From: Acidimicrobiales bacterium
GTDB lineage: Bacteria; Actinomycetota; Acidimicrobiia; Acidimicrobiales; Aldehydirespiratoraceae
DNA length: 64,000 nt
Reading direction: 5' to 3'
Assembly (NCBI GenBank): GCA_965116965.1
Contig: OZ220743.1
Span: forward strand, 3,887,262-3,951,261
A program made the translations under genes and the position numbers. This document shows positions 10,261 to 20,591 of the stretch, piece by piece. The first letter of the stretch is position 1. Every line of letters begins with the position of its first letter. The notes beneath the pieces were generated by a model, which had not been told where the DNA came from, did not search any database, and saw only the letters and a list, made by a program, of their open reading frames with translations.

Positions 10261-10359
10261 CGTCTGTCCTCCTGCGGGATGAGCCCTGATCGGAGCGCGC
10301 CAGCACCGCCCCTAGGCCGAAGTGCAACGCTACCTGCGCCCGACCGGCCATCCAACCCA

Positions 10360-10932
10360 TCAACTGCGACCGTGCTCGATGGCGGCTACCACCCGCTCAA
10401 AGACCTCGTCCGGCGTGCCGACGCCGTCGATGGTGGCAAGCAGTCCGCGCGCCTCGAACCAGTCGCGTAGCGGCGCGGTCTGCTCCTCATAGAGCTCCAG
10501 ACGGCGCTGGATCGCCTCACCGGTGTCGTCGGAGCGGCCCCGCTCCAGCATCCGGGTCGTGACCTCCTCTATGGGCACGTCTATGTTCAGGGCCACGTCC
10601 AGACGATGGCCGAGGTCGTTCAGAACGGCCTCCAGCGCGTCGGCCTGATCGGCGGTGCGGGGGTAGCCGTCGAGCAGCACGCCGGCCTCCACGACGTCGT
10701 CGCGGGCCAGCCGGTCGCGCACGATGCCGTTCATGATGTCGTCTCCGACCAGAGCGCCGGAGTCCATGATCGTCTTGGCCTGCCGGCCGAGTTCGGTGCC
10801 GGCCGCCACTGCGGCCCGCAGGGCGTCGCCGGTCGAAAGGTGCACGCACCCGAACCGGGCGGTGAGGCGCTCCGACTGAGTGCCCTTGCCCGACCCCTGC
10901 CGGCCGAGGATCACCATGCGCAGAGGTGCCAT
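10360..10932 (-). CDS. adk: Adenylate kinase
   Basis: 190 aa. P-loop GRQGSGKGTQ. Short-LID type. Follows secY. Confidence 0.93.
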   Translation of the reverse strand: MAPLRMVILGRQGSGKGTQSERLTARFGCVHLSTGDALRAAVAAGTELGRQAKTIMDSGALVGDDIMNGIVRDRLARDDVVEAGVLLDGYPRTADQADALEAVLNDLGHRLDVALNIDVPIEEVTTRMLERGRSDDTGEAIQRRLELYEEQTAPLRDWFEARGLLATIDGVGTPDEVFERVVAAIEHGRS

Positions 10933-10936
10933 GAAG

Positions 10937-12265
10937 TTACTTGAGGAAACCTTCGTAGTTTCTCATCATGAGCTGGCTGTCGATCTGCTTCATGGTCTCG
11001 AGGGCCACGCCGGTGGCGATCAGCAGCGAGATGCCCCCGTACAGGAGCCCGCTGGCGCCGCCGCCCGCGCCCGGGCCCAGGTCGCTGTCGAGGAACACCG
11101 CGTAGAGGATGGAGGGGACCAGAGCCACCGCGGCGATGAACAGCGATCCGGGAAGGGTGATGCGCGACAGGATCTTCGCCAGGTAGCGCTCGGTCTGGAC
11201 TCCGGGACGGATCCCCGGGATGAACCCGCCCTGCTTGCGGATGGTGTCGGCCTGCTTGACCGGGTCGAAGGTGATGGCCGTGTAGAAGTAGGCGAACCCG
11301 ATGATCATCAGGCCGAAGAAGAAGAGGTACACGGGGCTGGTCGGGTAGGTGAGGTGGTCGTTGACGAAATCCTGGATCGAGCCGCCGATACCGCCGTCGG
11401 GCATGGCCGCACCGATCAGGGTGGGCAGGTAGAGCACCGAGCTGGCGAAGATGATGGGGATCACGCCGGACTGGTTGACCTTGAGCGGGATGTAGGTGCT
11501 CTGGCCCCCGTACATGCGCCGGCCCACCACCCGCTTGGCGAACTGGACCGGGATGCGGCGCTGGCCCTGCTCCACGAAGACGATGCACACCAGCAGGGTC
11601 ACCGCCACCAGGATGAAGCCGATCAGGGCATCGATCCCGTTGTTGGCCCTGACCGCGGTGAGCTGGGCGGGCAGGGTGGACACCACGCTGGTGAAGATCA
11701 GCAGCGACATGCCGTTGCCGATGCCGCGCTGGGTGATCAGCTCCCCCATCCACATCAGCAGGGCGGTGCCGGTGGTGAGCGTCAGGACCACCACGAACAC
11801 GGCCCACACGGTGAAGTCGGGCAGCAGGTCGATCCCGCCCACCAGGGCGCCGCTGTGGAACAGGAACGCGAAGCTGGTCGACTGGAGCAGGGCGATGCCG
11901 ACGGTGAGGTAGCGCGTCCACTGGGTGATCTTGCGCTGGCCCACCGCACCCTGCTGCTGCCACTGCTCGATGCGGGGGATCACTACGCCCAGGATCTGCA
12001 TGATGATCGATGCCGTGATGTAGGGCATGATCCCCAGCGCGAAGATGGCGAACTGGGTGAGCGCACCTCCCGAGAACAGCTGCACGAACCCGAGGATCCC
12101 ACCGGATGTGTTGGCCTGGTCCCGCATCAGCTGGACCGCGTCGGTGTCGACATAGGGCGCCGGGATGAACGCGCCGAGGCGGTAGATGCCGATGATGAAC
12201 AGCGTGAAGAGGATCTTGTTGCGCAGATCCGGGATGCGGAACATGTTCAACACGCGGGTCAGCAC
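10937..12265 (-). CDS. secY: Preprotein translocase subunit SecY
   Basis: 442 aa polytopic membrane protein with typical SecY sequence (GIMPYITASIIMQIL). GTG start at 12265..12263. Confidence 0.96.
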   Translation of the reverse strand: MLTRVLNMFRIPDLRNKILFTLFIIGIYRLGAFIPAPYVDTDAVQLMRDQANTSGGILGFVQLFSGGALTQFAIFALGIMPYITASIIMQILGVVIPRIEQWQQQGAVGQRKITQWTRYLTVGIALLQSTSFAFLFHSGALVGGIDLLPDFTVWAVFVVVLTLTTGTALLMWMGELITQRGIGNGMSLLIFTSVVSTLPAQLTAVRANNGIDALIGFILVAVTLLVCIVFVEQGQRRIPVQFAKRVVGRRMYGGQSTYIPLKVNQSGVIPIIFASSVLYLPTLIGAAMPDGGIGGSIQDFVNDHLTYPTSPVYLFFFGLMIIGFAYFYTAITFDPVKQADTIRKQGGFIPGIRPGVQTERYLAKILSRITLPGSLFIAAVALVPSILYAVFLDSDLGPGAGGGASGLLYGGISLLIATGVALETMKQIDSQLMMRNYEGFLK

Positions 12266-12339
12266 GGCCGCCTCCCCGACACCGGACGGAACATGTTCAA
12301 CACGCGGGTCAGCACGGCCGCCTCCCCGACACCGGACGG
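12238..12339. repeat. Perfect 50-bp tandem duplication spanning the secY start and its RBS
   Basis: 12241..12290 equals 12291..12340 except for the last base, and the preceding GGA is also shared. Each copy carries GGGGAGG plus GTG CTG ACC CGC GTG TTG AAC ATG TTC. Confidence 0.95.
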
Positions 12340-12367
12340 TTGCGCAGCGAGACTCATGGTGCCGCCG

Positions 12368-12871
12368 TCAGCGGTTGGTGTGCTGGTTGTAGCTGCCGTG
12401 GGGCGGCCGGCGGTCACTCCAGGGCTTACCGATGATCTCGACGCTGCCGCCGGCTGCGGCGATGGCCTCGGCTGCCGAGGCGGACACGGCATGAGCCTTC
12501 ACCTGCACCGCACGGTTGAGTTCGCCCCGGCCCAGCACCTTCACGAGCGCCTTCTTGCCGACCAGGCCCTGATCACGCAGGGTCTCCGGCGATACCTCGT
12601 CCAGGCCAGTGGCCTCTATGGTGTCGAGGTTGACGGGCTGGTACTCGACCCGGAACGGGTTGGTGAAGCCCCGCCACTTGGGAACGCGGCGCAGCAGCGG
12701 CATCTGACCGCCCTCGAAGCCGAGGGGCACCTTGCTGCGAGCCTTCTGGCCCTTCATGCCACGGCCCGCGGTCTTGCCGCCGCGCCCGGCGATGCCCCGC
12801 GCCACCCGCCTGGGCCTCTTGCGCGACCCCGGGGCGGACCGCAGATCGTGCAGCTTCGTCTGCTCTGTCAT
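12368..12871 (-). CDS. rplO: 50S ribosomal protein L15
   Basis: 167 aa. LHDLRSAPGSRKRPRRVARGIAGRGGKTAGRGMKGQKARS. Confidence 0.95.
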   Translation of the reverse strand: MTEQTKLHDLRSAPGSRKRPRRVARGIAGRGGKTAGRGMKGQKARSKVPLGFEGGQMPLLRRVPKWRGFTNPFRVEYQPVNLDTIEATGLDEVSPETLRDQGLVGKKALVKVLGRGELNRAVQVKAHAVSASAAEAIAAAGGSVEIIGKPWSDRRPPHGSYNQHTNR

Positions 12872-13050
12872 CCGTCCACCTCCTCCACGGAGACCAGGTG
12901 CGGAACCCGTTGGATCATGCCGCGGATCTCGGGACGGTCGGGCAGGGTGTTGCTCCGGCCGATCCGTCCCAAGCCGAGGGCTCGAAGCGTACCGCGCTGC
13001 TTGGGCTTCGACCCGATGGCGGAGCGGACCTGGGTCACCCGCAGAGCCAT
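12868..13050 (-). CDS. rpmD: 50S ribosomal protein L30
   Basis: 60 aa [31 protein letters not shown]..., found inside a longer ORF-track entry. Its ATG overlaps the rpsE stop (ATGA). Confidence 0.92.
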   Translation of the reverse strand: MALRVTQVRSAIGSKPKQRGTLRALGLGRIGRSNTLPDRPEIRGMIQRVPHLVSVEEVDG

Positions 13051-13637
13051 CACTCGTCCTCGGCCTCTTCGGCGCGGCGCTGGGCCGCCGCGGCCCGGTC
13101 CATCCGGGTGGTCTGGTACGCGTCCCACAGGCCCTTGGGCAGGAAGTCGGTGGGGTCCAGGCCCCGCAGGCGAGCGACCTCGTCGGGGCGGCGCAGCGAC
13201 TGCAGCCCGCTGATGGTGGCCCTCGCGACGTTGATGTGGTTGGGCGATCCGAGCGACTTGCACAGCACGTCGCCTATGCCCGCCTCCTCGAGGATGGCCC
13301 TAGCGGCTCCGCCGGCGATGACGCCGGTGCCGGGAGCGGCCGGCTTGAGCAGCACCCTCCCCGCTCCGGTCGTGCCGATCACCGGATGCATGATCGTGCT
13401 GCCCGCCATCGGAACCTCGAAGACGTTGCGCCTGGCCTCCTCGGTGCCCTTCTGTATGGCCAGGGGCACCTCCTTGGCCTTGCCGTAGCCGAGGCCGACT
13501 CGGCCCGCGCCGTCTCCGATCACCACCAGGGCGGTGAACGAGAACCGGCGCCCGCCCTTGACCACCTTGGCCACCCGATTGATGTTGATCACCCGGGACT
13601 CCCGCAGCGGCGGACCACCCGTGCGCTCCTCGCTCAT
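13050..13637 (-). CDS. rpsE: 30S ribosomal protein S5
   Basis: 195 aa. [25 protein letters not shown]. Confidence 0.97.
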   Translation of the reverse strand: MSEERTGGPPLRESRVININRVAKVVKGGRRFSFTALVVIGDGAGRVGLGYGKAKEVPLAIQKGTEEARRNVFEVPMAGSTIMHPVIGTTGAGRVLLKPAAPGTGVIAGGAARAILEEAGIGDVLCKSLGSPNHINVARATISGLQSLRRPDEVARLRGLDPTDFLPKGLWDAYQTTRMDRAAAAQRRAEEAEDE

Positions 13638-13682
13638 CAGCGCTCCAGTCCTGGAAGGAGAAGTTGCTCTTCGCTCATCGGG

Positions 13683-14057
13683 TCAGAACTCCAATCCTGC
13701 CGCGCGAGCCGCGTTGGCGAGCTCGGCCACCCTGCCGTGGTACTTGTAACCGCCCCGGTCGAACACCGCAGTGGTGATTCCCGCTTCCAGGGCCCGCTGC
13801 GCTATGAGCGTCCCCACGGTGCGGGCCGCGGCCACGTTGCCGCCCGGGGCCGAGCGGAGGTCGGCCTCGAGGGTCGACGCCGAAGCCAGGGTCACACCCT
13901 CAAGGTCGTCGATGATCTGGGCGGAGATGTGCCGGCTCGACCGGAACACCGACAGCCGCGGCCGTTGAGCCGTTCCCTGCACCTTCTTGCGGACGCGCCG
14001 GTGACGGCGGATGCGGTCCACCCGGCGCTTTCTGGCCTGATCAACCATGACTACCAA
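13683..14057 (-). CDS. rplR: 50S ribosomal protein L18
   Basis: 124 aa. [20 protein letters not shown] and [12 protein letters not shown]. The exact start is uncertain. Confidence 0.95.
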   Translation of the reverse strand: MVVMVDQARKRRVDRIRRHRRVRKKVQGTAQRPRLSVFRSSRHISAQIIDDLEGVTLASASTLEADLRSAPGGNVAAARTVGTLIAQRALEAGITTAVFDRGGYKYHGRVAELANAARAAGLEF

Positions 14058-14063
14058 CCATCG

Positions 14064-14603
14064 CTACTTCGCCGCCTTGCCGGCCTTGCGCTTGACCCGC
14101 TCGTCGGCATAGCGGATGCCCTTCCCCTTGTAGGGCTCGGGCGGGCGCCACTTCCTGATGTCGGCCGCCACCTGGCCGACGAGCTGCTTGTCGATACCCT
14201 TGACGAGAATCTGGGTGCGCTGCGGGACCTCGAACTCCACGCCGTCGGGCGCCGAGATCTTCACGGTGTGGCTGAAGCCCAGCGCCAGCTCCAGCGAGGT
14301 CGGGGTGGACTCAGCGACCCGGTAGCCCACGCCCTGGATGCGCAGCTCCTTGCTGAAGCCCTCGCTCACGCCGGTGACCATGTTCTGCACCAGGCTCCGG
14401 GTGAGCCCGTGCAACGACCTGCTCCGCGCGGCGTCGTCGGGACGCTCGACGTGCAGGGCCCCGTCGGCGGGGCGCAGGCTGATCTCGCCGGGAAGGTCCC
14501 GGCGCAGCGTGCCCTTGGCGCCCGTCACCACTACGGTGCGGCCCTCGACGGTCACGTCCACACCGTCCGGGACTGTGATCGGGGAACTCCCTACGCGACT
14601 CAT
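14064..14603 (-). CDS. rplF: 50S ribosomal protein L6
   Basis: 179 aa. MSRVGSSPITVPDGV and PEPYKGKGIRY. Confidence 0.97.
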   Translation of the reverse strand: MSRVGSSPITVPDGVDVTVEGRTVVVTGAKGTLRRDLPGEISLRPADGALHVERPDDAARSRSLHGLTRSLVQNMVTGVSEGFSKELRIQGVGYRVAESTPTSLELALGFSHTVKISAPDGVEFEVPQRTQILVKGIDKQLVGQVAADIRKWRPPEPYKGKGIRYADERVKRKAGKAAK

Positions 14604-14607
14604 AGGA

Positions 14608-15012
14608 TCACCACACGTAGCAGAGGATCTCGCCGCCCATGCGGTTCCTCCTCGCCTCTCGATCGCTCATCAGACCCTTGTTGGTGGACACCACCGCCAC
14701 CCCGAGCCCGCCCTGGACCCGGGGAATCTCGTCGCGCTTGCGGTAGATGCGCAGCCCCGGCTTGGAGATGCGCCGCAGTCCCCGGATGACGCGGTCGCGC
14801 TCAGGCGAGTACTTCATCTCGATCGTGAGCGTCTTGCCCGGCCGGAGCGTGTTGTCCTTCTCGGCGTAGGACGCTATGTAGCCCTCCCGCTTCAGGACGT
14901 CGGCCAAGGCCAGCTTGCGCTTCGACGACGGCATGGAGACCTCGTCGTGCATAGCCACGTTGGCGTTGCGGATGCGGGTCAGCATGTCTGCGATCGGATC
15001 TGTCATCGTCAT
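14608..15012 (-). CDS. rpsH: 30S ribosomal protein S8
   Basis: 134 aa. [13 protein letters not shown]. Confidence 0.97.
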   Translation of the reverse strand: MTMTDPIADMLTRIRNANVAMHDEVSMPSSKRKLALADVLKREGYIASYAEKDNTLRPGKTLTIEMKYSPERDRVIRGLRRISKPGLRIYRKRDEIPRVQGGLGVAVVSTNKGLMSDREARRNRMGGEILCYVW

Positions 15013-15024
15013 CGGCAGGTCACC

Positions 15025-15210
15025 TCACCAGCTCGCCTTCTTGACGCCGGGCAACTCCCCGGCGTGGGCCAGGTCGCGCAGGCAGATGCGGCACAGGCTG
15101 AATTTCCTGTAAACGGAACGGGGCCGGCCGCACACGCGGCACCGCGTGTAAGCCCGCACCTTGAACTTCGGAGTGCGTTGCTGCTTCTCCTTCAGAGCCT
15201 TCTTGGCCAT
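15025..15210 (-). CDS. rpsN: 30S ribosomal protein S14, type Z (zinc-binding)
   Basis: 61 aa with CRVCGRP...CRIC cysteine pairs. Confidence 0.95.
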   Translation of the reverse strand: MAKKALKEKQQRTPKFKVRAYTRCRVCGRPRSVYRKFSLCRICLRDLAHAGELPGVKKASW

Positions 15211-15213
15211 CGC

Positions 15214-15783
15214 TCATTGCCCCTCTCGGCGGAACGGAAACCCGAACGCCTCCAGGAGCGCCCGGCCCTCGGCGTCCGACTCGGCTGTCGTGACGATCGT
15301 GATGTCCATCCCCCGGGTGGCGTCGACCGTGTCGTAGTCGACCTCCGGGAAGATGAGCTGTTCGGTGATCCCGAACGTGTAGTTGCCGCTGCCGTCGAAG
15401 GACCGCAGCGGCAGCCCGCGGAAGTCGCGGATGCGAGGGATGGCCAGCGTGATGAGCCGGTCGAAGAACTCGTACATGCGGTCGCCGCGCAGCGTGACCT
15501 TGCATCCGATGGCCATGCCGGCACGCAGCTTGAAGCTGGCCAGGGACCGCTTGGCCCGAGTGATGACCGGCTTCTGGCCCGCGATCACGGCCAGGTCGGC
15601 CAGTGCGCCCTCGAGCAGCTTCGCCTGGGTGATGGCCTCGCCGACACCCATGTTGACCACGATCTTGGTGAGCTTGGGCGCCATCATGACGTTGGACAGG
15701 CCCAACTGCTCGACCAGCGCGGGCTTGATCTCGGTGTCGAACGCGGTGCGCAGCCGGGGCCGGTAGCCGGTTGCGGTGCTCAC
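15214..15783 (-). CDS. rplE: 50S ribosomal protein L5
   Basis: C-terminal 189 aa of the ORF-track entry 15214..16194. GTG start at 15783 overlaps the rplX stop (GTGA). [20 protein letters not shown] motif. Confidence 0.93.
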   Translation of the reverse strand: MSTATGYRPRLRTAFDTEIKPALVEQLGLSNVMMAPKLTKIVVNMGVGEAITQAKLLEGALADLAVIAGQKPVITRAKRSLASFKLRAGMAIGCKVTLRGDRMYEFFDRLITLAIPRIRDFRGLPLRSFDGSGNYTFGITEQLIFPEVDYDTVDATRGMDITIVTTAESDAEGRALLEAFGFPFRREGQ

Positions 15784-16130
15784 AGGTCGGCCCCCGTGCG
15801 GCGGCAGACACGGACCTTGGCGCCCTCGGGCGTGAACCGGTAGCCGACCCGGGTGGGCTTGCCGTCGGTCGGGCTCACCAGGGCGACGTTGGACGCGTCG
15901 ATGGGCATCGTCTTGTCGATGATGCCTCCCTGCTGGATGTTGCGGGTGGGCGCCTGGTGCCGTTTGGAGACGTTGACGCCCTCGACGATCACCTTGCCCG
16001 AGGCGGGTATGACCCGTTCGACCGTGCCCTCCGCGCCGGCGTCCTTGCCGGACAGCACCACGACCCGGTCGCCCTTGACGATCTTCATGGAGCGCCGGGT
16101 CGGGCGGGCGCGCTTGGAACTTCTGGCCAT
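15780..16130 (-). CDS. rplX: 50S ribosomal protein L24
   Basis: 116 aa beginning [33 protein letters not shown] overlaps the rplN stop (ATGA). An alternative start at MKIVKGD is possible. Confidence 0.92.
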   Translation of the reverse strand: MARSSKRARPTRRSMKIVKGDRVVVLSGKDAGAEGTVERVIPASGKVIVEGVNVSKRHQAPTRNIQQGGIIDKTMPIDASNVALVSPTDGKPTRVGYRFTPEGAKVRVCRRTGADL

Positions 16131-16498
16131 CACAGCACCTCCGGTGCCAGAGACACGATGCGCATGAACTGCTTGTCGCGGAGCTCGCGGCCAACTGGCC
16201 CGAAGATACGGGTGCCCCGAGGCTGGTCCTGCTCGTTGATCAGGACCGCGGCGTTCTCGTCGAAGCGGATGTAGCTGCCGTCGCCCCGCCGCTTCTCCTT
16301 GCGGGTGCGCACCACCACGCAGCGGACGAGGTCGCCCTTCCGGACCTGCGCGCCCGGGATGGCGTCCTTGACGGTGGCTACGAACACGTCGCCGACGGAG
16401 GCATAGCGGCGCCTGGAGCCGCCGAGCACCTTGATGCACAGCACCTCCTTGGCGCCGGAGTTGTCGGCGACCCGCAGCCGGGACTCCTGCTGGATCAT
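16130..16498 (-). CDS. rplN: 50S ribosomal protein L14
   Basis: 122 aa from [18 protein letters not shown]. The ORF track extends 15 aa further upstream. Confidence 0.96.
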   Translation of the reverse strand: MIQQESRLRVADNSGAKEVLCIKVLGGSRRRYASVGDVFVATVKDAIPGAQVRKGDLVRCVVVRTRKEKRRGDGSYIRFDENAAVLINEQDQPRGTRIFGPVGRELRDKQFMRIVSLAPEVL

Positions 16499-16532
16499 GC
16501 TCCGCGCTCCAAGATTCCTGCGACCTGATGGA

Positions 16533-16811
16533 TCACTTGGCACGCTCCAGGATCTCCACGAGGCGCCAGCGCTTGGTCTTGGACAGTGGCCGGGTCTCGG
16601 CCACCCGCACCAGGTCGCCCACGCCCAGTTCGTTCTCGGCGTCGTGGACGGCGAGGCGGGTCGTGCGCTGAACCGTCTTGTCGTACCGCGGGTGACGCAC
16701 CTTCTCGGTGGCCTCGACGATCACCGTCTTGTCCATGCGGTCGGAGACCACCACTCCCTCACGCACCTTGCGGCGGTTGCCGCGCGGCTCTGATCCCTCG
16801 ACCATCGTCAT
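16533..16811 (-). CDS. rpsQ: 30S ribosomal protein S17
   Basis: 92 aa. [25 protein letters not shown]. Confidence 0.96.
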   Translation of the reverse strand: MTMVEGSEPRGNRRKVREGVVVSDRMDKTVIVEATEKVRHPRYDKTVQRTTRLAVHDAENELGVGDLVRVAETRPLSKTKRWRLVEILERAK

Positions 16812-17038
16812 CTCCCCTCGGTAGCGAGCAGCTCCGCCTCCGCGGCCGCTATCTCGCGGGCCCGCAACTCGGTGAGCACGCGGGCGATGCCGCGGCGCAC
16901 CTGCTTGAGGCGGGCCGGGTTGTCCAGCTGGCCAGTGGCGAACTGGAAGCGCAGGTTGAACAGCTCCTCCTTCGCCTCGGACAAGCGTTCGATCAAATCG
17001 GGGTCGCCGAGATCGTTAAGGGCCTTGGCGCGGGCCAT
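16808..17038 (-). CDS. rpmC: 50S ribosomal protein L29
   Basis: 76 aa. [31 protein letters not shown]. Confidence 0.95.
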   Translation of the reverse strand: MARAKALNDLGDPDLIERLSEAKEELFNLRFQFATGQLDNPARLKQVRRGIARVLTELRAREIAAAEAELLATEGR

Positions 17039-17455
17039 CTAGAACCCCTCCTCCCGGGTGACGAAGCGGGCCTTCATGGGGAGCTTCTGGATGGCCCGGT
17101 CGATGGCGCCCCGGGCGATGGTCTCGTCGTGGTAGGACAGCTCGAACAGGACGCGGCCGGGCCGCACGACCGCCACCCAGTGCTCTGGGTTCCCCTTGCC
17201 CGAACCCATGCGCGTCTCGGCCGGCTTCTTGGTCACGGGCTTGTCGGGGAACACGTTGATCCATACCTTGCCGCCCCGCTTGATGTGGCGGGTCATGGCC
17301 ACACGGGCAGCCTCGATCTGGCGCGAGGTGAGCCATCCGGGCTCGAGGGCCTGGATGCCGAAATCGCCGTGGGCGACCTCGGTGCGTCCCTTCGAGACGC
17401 CCTTGGTGCGGCCCCGGTGGTGCTTGCGGTGGCGGACCTTGCGCGGCATCAACAT
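17039..17455 (-). CDS. rplP: 50S ribosomal protein L16
   Basis: 138 aa. [16 protein letters not shown]. Confidence 0.97.
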   Translation of the reverse strand: MLMPRKVRHRKHHRGRTKGVSKGRTEVAHGDFGIQALEPGWLTSRQIEAARVAMTRHIKRGGKVWINVFPDKPVTKKPAETRMGSGKGNPEHWVAVVRPGRVLFELSYHDETIARGAIDRAIQKLPMKARFVTREEGF

Positions 17456-17560
17456 GACAAGGTCTCTCAGTCGTCCTGCCGCGTGCCGCTACGCCCGCTC
17501 ATCGCGAGCTGTCGGCCAGGCCTGCGGCTTGTGCGGATGTGTCTGCTCATCGCGATGTCC

Positions 17561-18460
17561 TCAGTCGTCGCCCGGGCGGAAGTGCGGCGTCTCGTGGTGC
17601 TCCCGGGTGGACGCTTCGATGGCGGCCTCCTCGTCGAGCAGCTTCTCGAACTCCGGATCGGCCTTGCCGATGAGCGGCGCCGGCTCCTCGTCGACCGTCT
17701 CGTCGCTGAACTCGCGGCGCCGGGCCGCCGCGGACGAGACGATCTTGCGGGGCCGAGCCCCCGGGCCCGACGTCTCCCCCGCGGCCATGGCCGCCTCCTT
17801 CGAGGCCTTGTCCTCGGAGAGCGTCTTGTAGGGCAGTATGTCGCCCTTGTACAGCCACACCTTCACGCCGATCCGGCCGTAGGTGGTGCGGGCCTCGCGG
17901 AAACCGTAGTCGACGTCGGCCCTCAGGGTGTGGAGCGGCACCCGCCCCTCGCGGTACCACTCGGTGCGGGCCATCTCCGAGCCGCCCAGCCGTCCCGAGC
18001 ACTGCACCCGGATTCCCAGGGCGCCGGCCCGCTGGGCGTTCTGCACCGCCCGCTTCATCGCTCGGCGGAAGGCCACCCGGCCGGTGAGCTGGTCGGCGAC
18101 GCCCTGGGCGATGAGGGCGGCGTCGAGTTCGGGCTGCTTGATCTCCTGGATGTTGAGCTGGACGCGGGGGTTGCCGCTGATCTCGGTGAGGCCGGCCCGC
18201 AGCCGGTCGGCCTCGGCGCCCCGGCGGCCGATCACGATGCCGGGCCGCGCGGTGTGCACGTCGACACGCAGCCGGTCGCGGGTGCGCTCGACCTCCACGC
18301 GGCTGATGGCTGCATGAGGCAGCTCAGTCATCAGGAAGTCGCGGATCTTCCAGTCCTCGATGACGTTGTCCGCGTACTCCTTGCGGTCGGCGAACCAGCG
18401 GCTCTTCCACTCGGTGGTGACTCCCAGGCGGAACCCGTAGGGGTTGACCTTTTGACCCAT
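17561..18460 (-). CDS. rpsC: 30S ribosomal protein S3 (long C-terminal tail)
   Basis: 299 aa. [13 protein letters not shown] start with KH and S3-C domains, plus a charged C-terminal extension of about 70 aa. Confidence 0.96.
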   Translation of the reverse strand: MGQKVNPYGFRLGVTTEWKSRWFADRKEYADNVIEDWKIRDFLMTELPHAAISRVEVERTRDRLRVDVHTARPGIVIGRRGAEADRLRAGLTEISGNPRVQLNIQEIKQPELDAALIAQGVADQLTGRVAFRRAMKRAVQNAQRAGALGIRVQCSGRLGGSEMARTEWYREGRVPLHTLRADVDYGFREARTTYGRIGVKVWLYKGDILPYKTLSEDKASKEAAMAAGETSGPGARPRKIVSSAAARRREFSDETVDEEPAPLIGKADPEFEKLLDEEAAIEASTREHHETPHFRPGDD

Positions 18461-19170
18461 CAGCCGCTCCCGTCAGCCTTGTCGGACTCTTCAGCGTCGT
18501 CTGCGCCGGCGTCTTCGGCCTCGTTCGGCCCATCCGCGCCGTCTGCGGCGGTGTGCTCGACCGTGTCGCCGCCGTCAGGCTCTCCTGACCCCTCTCCGGC
18601 CATGGCCGCCTCGGTAGCCTCCACCACGGCCGCGGCCTGGGCCTCCACGTCGGCCTCCGCCTCGACGTCCACTTCTTCGGCCTGCTCGCCGGATGCGGCG
18701 GCTTCCTGCTGGGTCGCAGCTCGGGACCGCGCCACCCGGCGGCGCCGGGCCTCGGCCGCTGCCATGCCGCGCTGCGACTGCCGGGCCAGCACCTTCTCGA
18801 GGGTCTCGGGGTCGTAACGGCTGACGATCACCGTGATGTGGCACGTGCGCTTGCGAATGCGGGTGGCCCGTCCCCGGGCTCGGGGACGCCAGCGCTTGAG
18901 AGTGGGTCCCTCGTCGGCGTAGCAGGCCGACACGTAGAGCTCGTCGACGTCGAGGCCGTCGTTGTGTTCGGCATTGGCGAGCGCCGACTCCAGCACCTTG
19001 CTGATGGGCAGGGCGACGTCGCGCTCGGAGAAGGCGAGGACGTCCCGCGCGTCGGCGCAGCCCTTTCCCCGGATGAGGTCGAGAACCTCGCGGGCCTTGT
19101 ACGCCGAGGTTCGCACGTAGGAGGCTCGTGCCCGGGTTCCGGGACGCTCGTTGGTCTTGGTGGAGACCAT
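18460..19170 (-). CDS. rplV: 50S ribosomal protein L22 with acidic C-terminal extension
   Basis: 236 aa from [14 protein letters not shown] overlaps the rpsS stop (ATGA). L22 core of about 119 aa, followed by about 117 aa of Ala/Glu/Asp-rich tail. Confidence 0.93.
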   Translation of the reverse strand: MVSTKTNERPGTRARASYVRTSAYKAREVLDLIRGKGCADARDVLAFSERDVALPISKVLESALANAEHNDGLDVDELYVSACYADEGPTLKRWRPRARGRATRIRKRTCHITVIVSRYDPETLEKVLARQSQRGMAAAEARRRRVARSRAATQQEAAASGEQAEEVDVEAEADVEAQAAAVVEATEAAMAGEGSGEPDGGDTVEHTAADGADGPNEAEDAGADDAEESDKADGSG

Positions 19171-19448
19171 CAGCGACGCGCCCCCCGCTCCTGGCCGGCG
19201 TGGAACCGGAACGTACGGGTCGGTGCGAACTCGCCGAGCTTGTGCCCCACCATCGACTCGGTGATGTACACCGGCACATGCTTGCGACCGTCGTGCACCG
19301 CCAGGGTGTGCCCCACCATGTCGGGGATGATGGTGGACCGGCGCGACCACGTCTTGACCACCCTCTTCTCGTTGCGCTCGTTGAGCTCGTCGATCTTGCG
19401 CAGCAGGTGGTCGTCCACGAAGGGACCCTTCTTGAGGCTGCGGGGCAT
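19170..19448 (-). CDS. rpsS: 30S ribosomal protein S19
   Basis: 92 aa. [16 protein letters not shown]. Confidence 0.97.
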   Translation of the reverse strand: MPRSLKKGPFVDDHLLRKIDELNERNEKRVVKTWSRRSTIIPDMVGHTLAVHDGRKHVPVYITESMVGHKLGEFAPTRTFRFHAGQERGARR

Positions 19449-19452
19449 GGCT

Positions 19453-20289
19453 CTACCTCCGGGTGCCGCGCCGGCGGCGGCGGCGAACGATCAGCTTGTC
19501 GGAGTCTTTGCGGCGGGCCCGGGTCCGTCCCTCGGGCTTGCCCCAGGGCGAGACCGGGTGGCGCCCGCCCGAGGACTTGCCCTCGCCGCCGCCGAGGGGA
19601 TGGTCCACCGGGTTCATGGCCACGCCCCGCGTCTGTGGGCGCACGCCCTTCCAGCGGTTGCGGCCCGCCTTCCCGATCTTGGTGAGCTCGTGCTCGGAGT
19701 TGCCGACCTCACCGATCGTGGCCCGGCAGTCGATCGGCACCCGCCTCATCTCCGTGCTGGGCAAGCGAAGGGTGGCGAAACGGCCCTCCTTGGCCACGAG
19801 CTGCACGCTGGCGCCCGCGCTGCGGCCCATACGGCCGCCCCCGCCCGGCTTCAACTCGACGTTGTGCACGACCGTGCCCACCGGGATGTAGCGCAGTGCC
19901 AAGGCGTTGCCGGGGCGGATCTCGGACCCCTGCCCCGACATGAGACGGTCGCCGACCTCCACGCCCTTGGGTGCCAGGATGTACCGCTTCTCTCCGTCGT
20001 GGTAGTGGAGCAACGCGATCCGGCAGGTGCGATTCGGGTCGTACTCGATGGCCGCCACCGTGGCCGGAATGTTGTCCTTGGTCCGGGTGAAGTCGATCCT
20101 GCGGTAGCGCTGCTTGTGTCCGCCGCCGCGGTGCCGGGCCGTCTTGCGCCCGTGGTTGTTGCGACCGCCGGTACCCGACTGCTTCACCAGCAGGCTGCGC
20201 TCAGGCTGGGTGCGGGTGATCTCCGAGAAGTCGGACGCGGTCTGGAAGCGGCGACCGGGGCTGGACGGTTTGCGTTTGCGGATCGCCAT
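19453..20289 (-). CDS. rplB: 50S ribosomal protein L2
   Basis: 278 aa. [21 protein letters not shown] and [12 protein letters not shown]. Confidence 0.97.
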   Translation of the reverse strand: MAIRKRKPSSPGRRFQTASDFSEITRTQPERSLLVKQSGTGGRNNHGRKTARHRGGGHKQRYRRIDFTRTKDNIPATVAAIEYDPNRTCRIALLHYHDGEKRYILAPKGVEVGDRLMSGQGSEIRPGNALALRYIPVGTVVHNVELKPGGGGRMGRSAGASVQLVAKEGRFATLRLPSTEMRRVPIDCRATIGEVGNSEHELTKIGKAGRNRWKGVRPQTRGVAMNPVDHPLGGGEGKSSGGRHPVSPWGKPEGRTRARRKDSDKLIVRRRRRRGTRR

Positions 20290-20291
20290 GG

Positions 20292-20591
20292 TCAGGCCTC
20301 GAAGAGATCGATCGAGTCGCCCGCGGCCAGAGTGACCAGGGCGCGCTTGGTGTCGGCCCGCCGTCCCCAGGTGTTGTTGCGGCGGTTGTGCCGCCGCTTC
20401 CCCTTGCGGCGCAAGGTGTTGACCTTGACGACCTCCACCTCGAAGATCGCCTCCACCGCAGCCCGGATCTCAGGCTTGGTGGCCTCCGGGGCGACGATGA
20501 AGGTGTAGACGTTGTCGGCCAGCAGCGTGTAGCTCTTCTCCGACACGACGGGCCGCAGGATCACGTCGCGGTGATCACGCATCGCCGTCAC
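20292..20591 (-). CDS. rplW: 50S ribosomal protein L23
   Basis: 99 aa. [11 protein letters not shown]. The start may be the internal Met. Confidence 0.95.
   Translation of the reverse strand: MTAMRDHRDVILRPVVSEKSYTLLADNVYTFIVAPEATKPEIRAAVEAIFEVEVVKVNTLRRKGKRRHNRRNNTWGRRADTKRALVTLAAGDSIDLFEA

Noticed and set aside
10880-18817. Several very long plus-strand ORFs (10880..13213, 12732..14789, 14338..15843, 16586..18817) across the spc/S10 operons
   Set aside because: All are antisense shadows of unmistakable r-protein, secY and adk genes. Their composition is biased (R, G, A, P, H, D) and they have no motifs.
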